Below, piece after piece: positions 62,401 through 64,000 of a stretch of DNA of 64,000 nt. The notes under the pieces are model-generated. The model had not been told where the DNA came from and did no database searches. It worked only from the letters and a program-made list of their open reading frames with translations. Within the stretch, counting starts at the first letter, position 1. Every line of letters starts with the position of its first letter. The stretch is from Anthoceros angustus (taxonomy: Eukaryota > Plantae > Anthocerotophyta): positions 215,545-279,544 of the forward strand of contig MU008208.1 in assembly GCA_010909165.1 (NCBI GenBank), given 5' to 3'. Position numbers and translations under genes: made by a program.

Positions 62401-64000
62401 ACCTCAGCACCTACTTGGTGCATTTATGGGAAACAGAGGGACTCCTCACAAGCAAGGAGCTTGAAGATGCGTGGCATCCCTTTGAGGTCATCCACCTCCA
62501 GCCGAGTTTGGAAAGGCCTTTGCCTTTTGCATTGCGGAAGACAGTGGGAGGTCAGACCTCCACAAACATGCTAGAAGCAAGAGGAGAAGGTGCGGAGGCA
62601 ACAAAGTTGCGGAGTGGGAATCCTTTCCCCAGGGCAAGCAAGGGGAAGAGCGGGGCCGAGGAGGCCGAATGGTAGTCTATGAGAGAAGGACTACGGGAGG
62701 GTGGCGGCCCAAGGGTGGGGAGTCCCACCATCTCATTTGTGCCTACAGAGGCACCCGTCGACTACCGGTGAGGCGGTCTACCCAAGGGTGGGCAGCCTAC
62801 CGTGGTAGGCGATCGACCATGGTAGGTAGGCGGACTACCACGATGGGGAAGCCTACCACGGTGGCGGGCACCTCCGCCAGCAAACAGCCTACCACGGTGG
62901 CGGGGAAGGGAAGGAGAAGACGAGGCCGCGAGCGGCGCCAAGCCACCATCTCCATTTGGGTGGGAGGCGGATGGAGCGGCAGTGAAGGGGCCGCGCCGCC
63001 GATGGCCGAGTGCGGAGGCTGGAAATTTCCAGAAGCGGAGGGTGGAATTAGGACCCCTAGGAGAATTCTTTGGGTGCTTGTGAAGCACTCAAGCGTGGAT
63101 TTGAAGGGGCTAGGGACCTAGCAGCCTCCTTGTGGGCGCACCAAGAGGAGGTCAAGGCCCAAGACATGGGAAGGCGACCAAGTGGCAATTGGAGGCCATG
63201 GAGTCCGATGAAAAGGCAGCCAAGCTGGAAAAGGAATGCTAGAAGCTCAGTCGACCTCCACACATGCTAGAAGCAAGAGGAGAAGGTGCGGAGGCAACAA
63301 AGTTGCGGAGTGGGAATCCTTTCCCCAGGGGCAAGCAAGGGAGAAGGCAGAACGGCCGAGGAAGGCCGAATGGTAGTCTATGAGAGAAGGACTACGGAGG
63401 GGTGAGAGGGTGGGGAGTCCCACCATCTCATTTGTGCCTACAGAGGCACCCGCACTACCCGGTGAGGCGGTCTACCCAAGGGTGGGCGGCCTACCGTGGT
63501 AGGCGATCACCATGGTAGGTAGGCGGACTACCACTGGGGCGCCTACCACGGTGGCGGGCACCCCTCGCCAGCAAGCCTACGGTGGCGGGGAAGGGAAGGA
63601 GAAGCGGCCAGGTGCCGCCGAGCCACCATCTCCGCGGGTGGGAGGCGGATGGAGCGGCAGTGAAGGGGCCCGCGCCCGCAGCGAGAGCTGGAAATTTCCA
63701 GAAGAAGGAGGGTGGAATTAGGACCCCTAGGAGAATTCTTTGGGTGCTTGTGAAGCACTCAAGCGTGGATTTGAAGGGGCTAGGGACCTAGCAGCCTCCT
63801 TGTGGGCATGCAAGAGGAGGAAAATCCCAAGACATGGCGGAAGCAGGACCAAGTGGCAATTGGAGGCCATGGAGTCCGAGGCAGCCAAGCTGGAAAAGGT
63901 CAGAGAAGCTCCAACGACCTCATAGAACGGCGGAGAAAGCCTGGAAGGGAAGTTGTCGCGAAGAAAGAGCCATTCGGGCAACAACCCAAAAGGACTCTTG
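59456..64000 (+). mobile_element. Retroelement region with several duplicated copies of the accessory ORF also seen at 6212-7260
   Basis: 59780-59830 matches the reverse complement of 7385-7430. Repeated EEENIQLGWVYG and WRLFAKIVLGLVNYQRTSYFSTNFLQF peptides. Confidence 0.55.

Overview
This is eukaryotic land-plant genomic DNA, probably from a non-seed plant, and it is almost all nested transposable elements. One intact host gene sits among them: an intronless HAM/SCL6-type GRAS transcription factor (39711-42935, minus strand) with a miR171 site. The main result is a family of ~9-11 kb cut-and-paste DNA transposons. Two complete but divergent copies are present (E1 12889-23665; E2 44711-55502), plus a truncated third (from 56175). 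They have 5'-AACAC(C/G)ATA termini, ~30-bp TIRs and, in E1 and E2, 4-bp TSDs (CCTC, CAAG). Each complete copy carries two divergently transcribed, intron-containing genes: a Sola-like DDD transposase and a ParB/Srx-domain + beta-class N6A/N4C DNA amino-methyltransferase fusion with a non-canonical DVPR motif IV. Also present are Athila-like (tRNA-Asp-primed) Ty3 elements whose 3-4.4 kb LTRs contain a conserved ORF, a Ty3 integrase fused to a PHD finger, Copia gag and other LTR remnants. Several 0.4-2 kb indel-rich tandem duplications look like long-read assembly artefacts, so many TE frameshifts may not be real. All domain calls come from motif recognition by eye; no searches were run.
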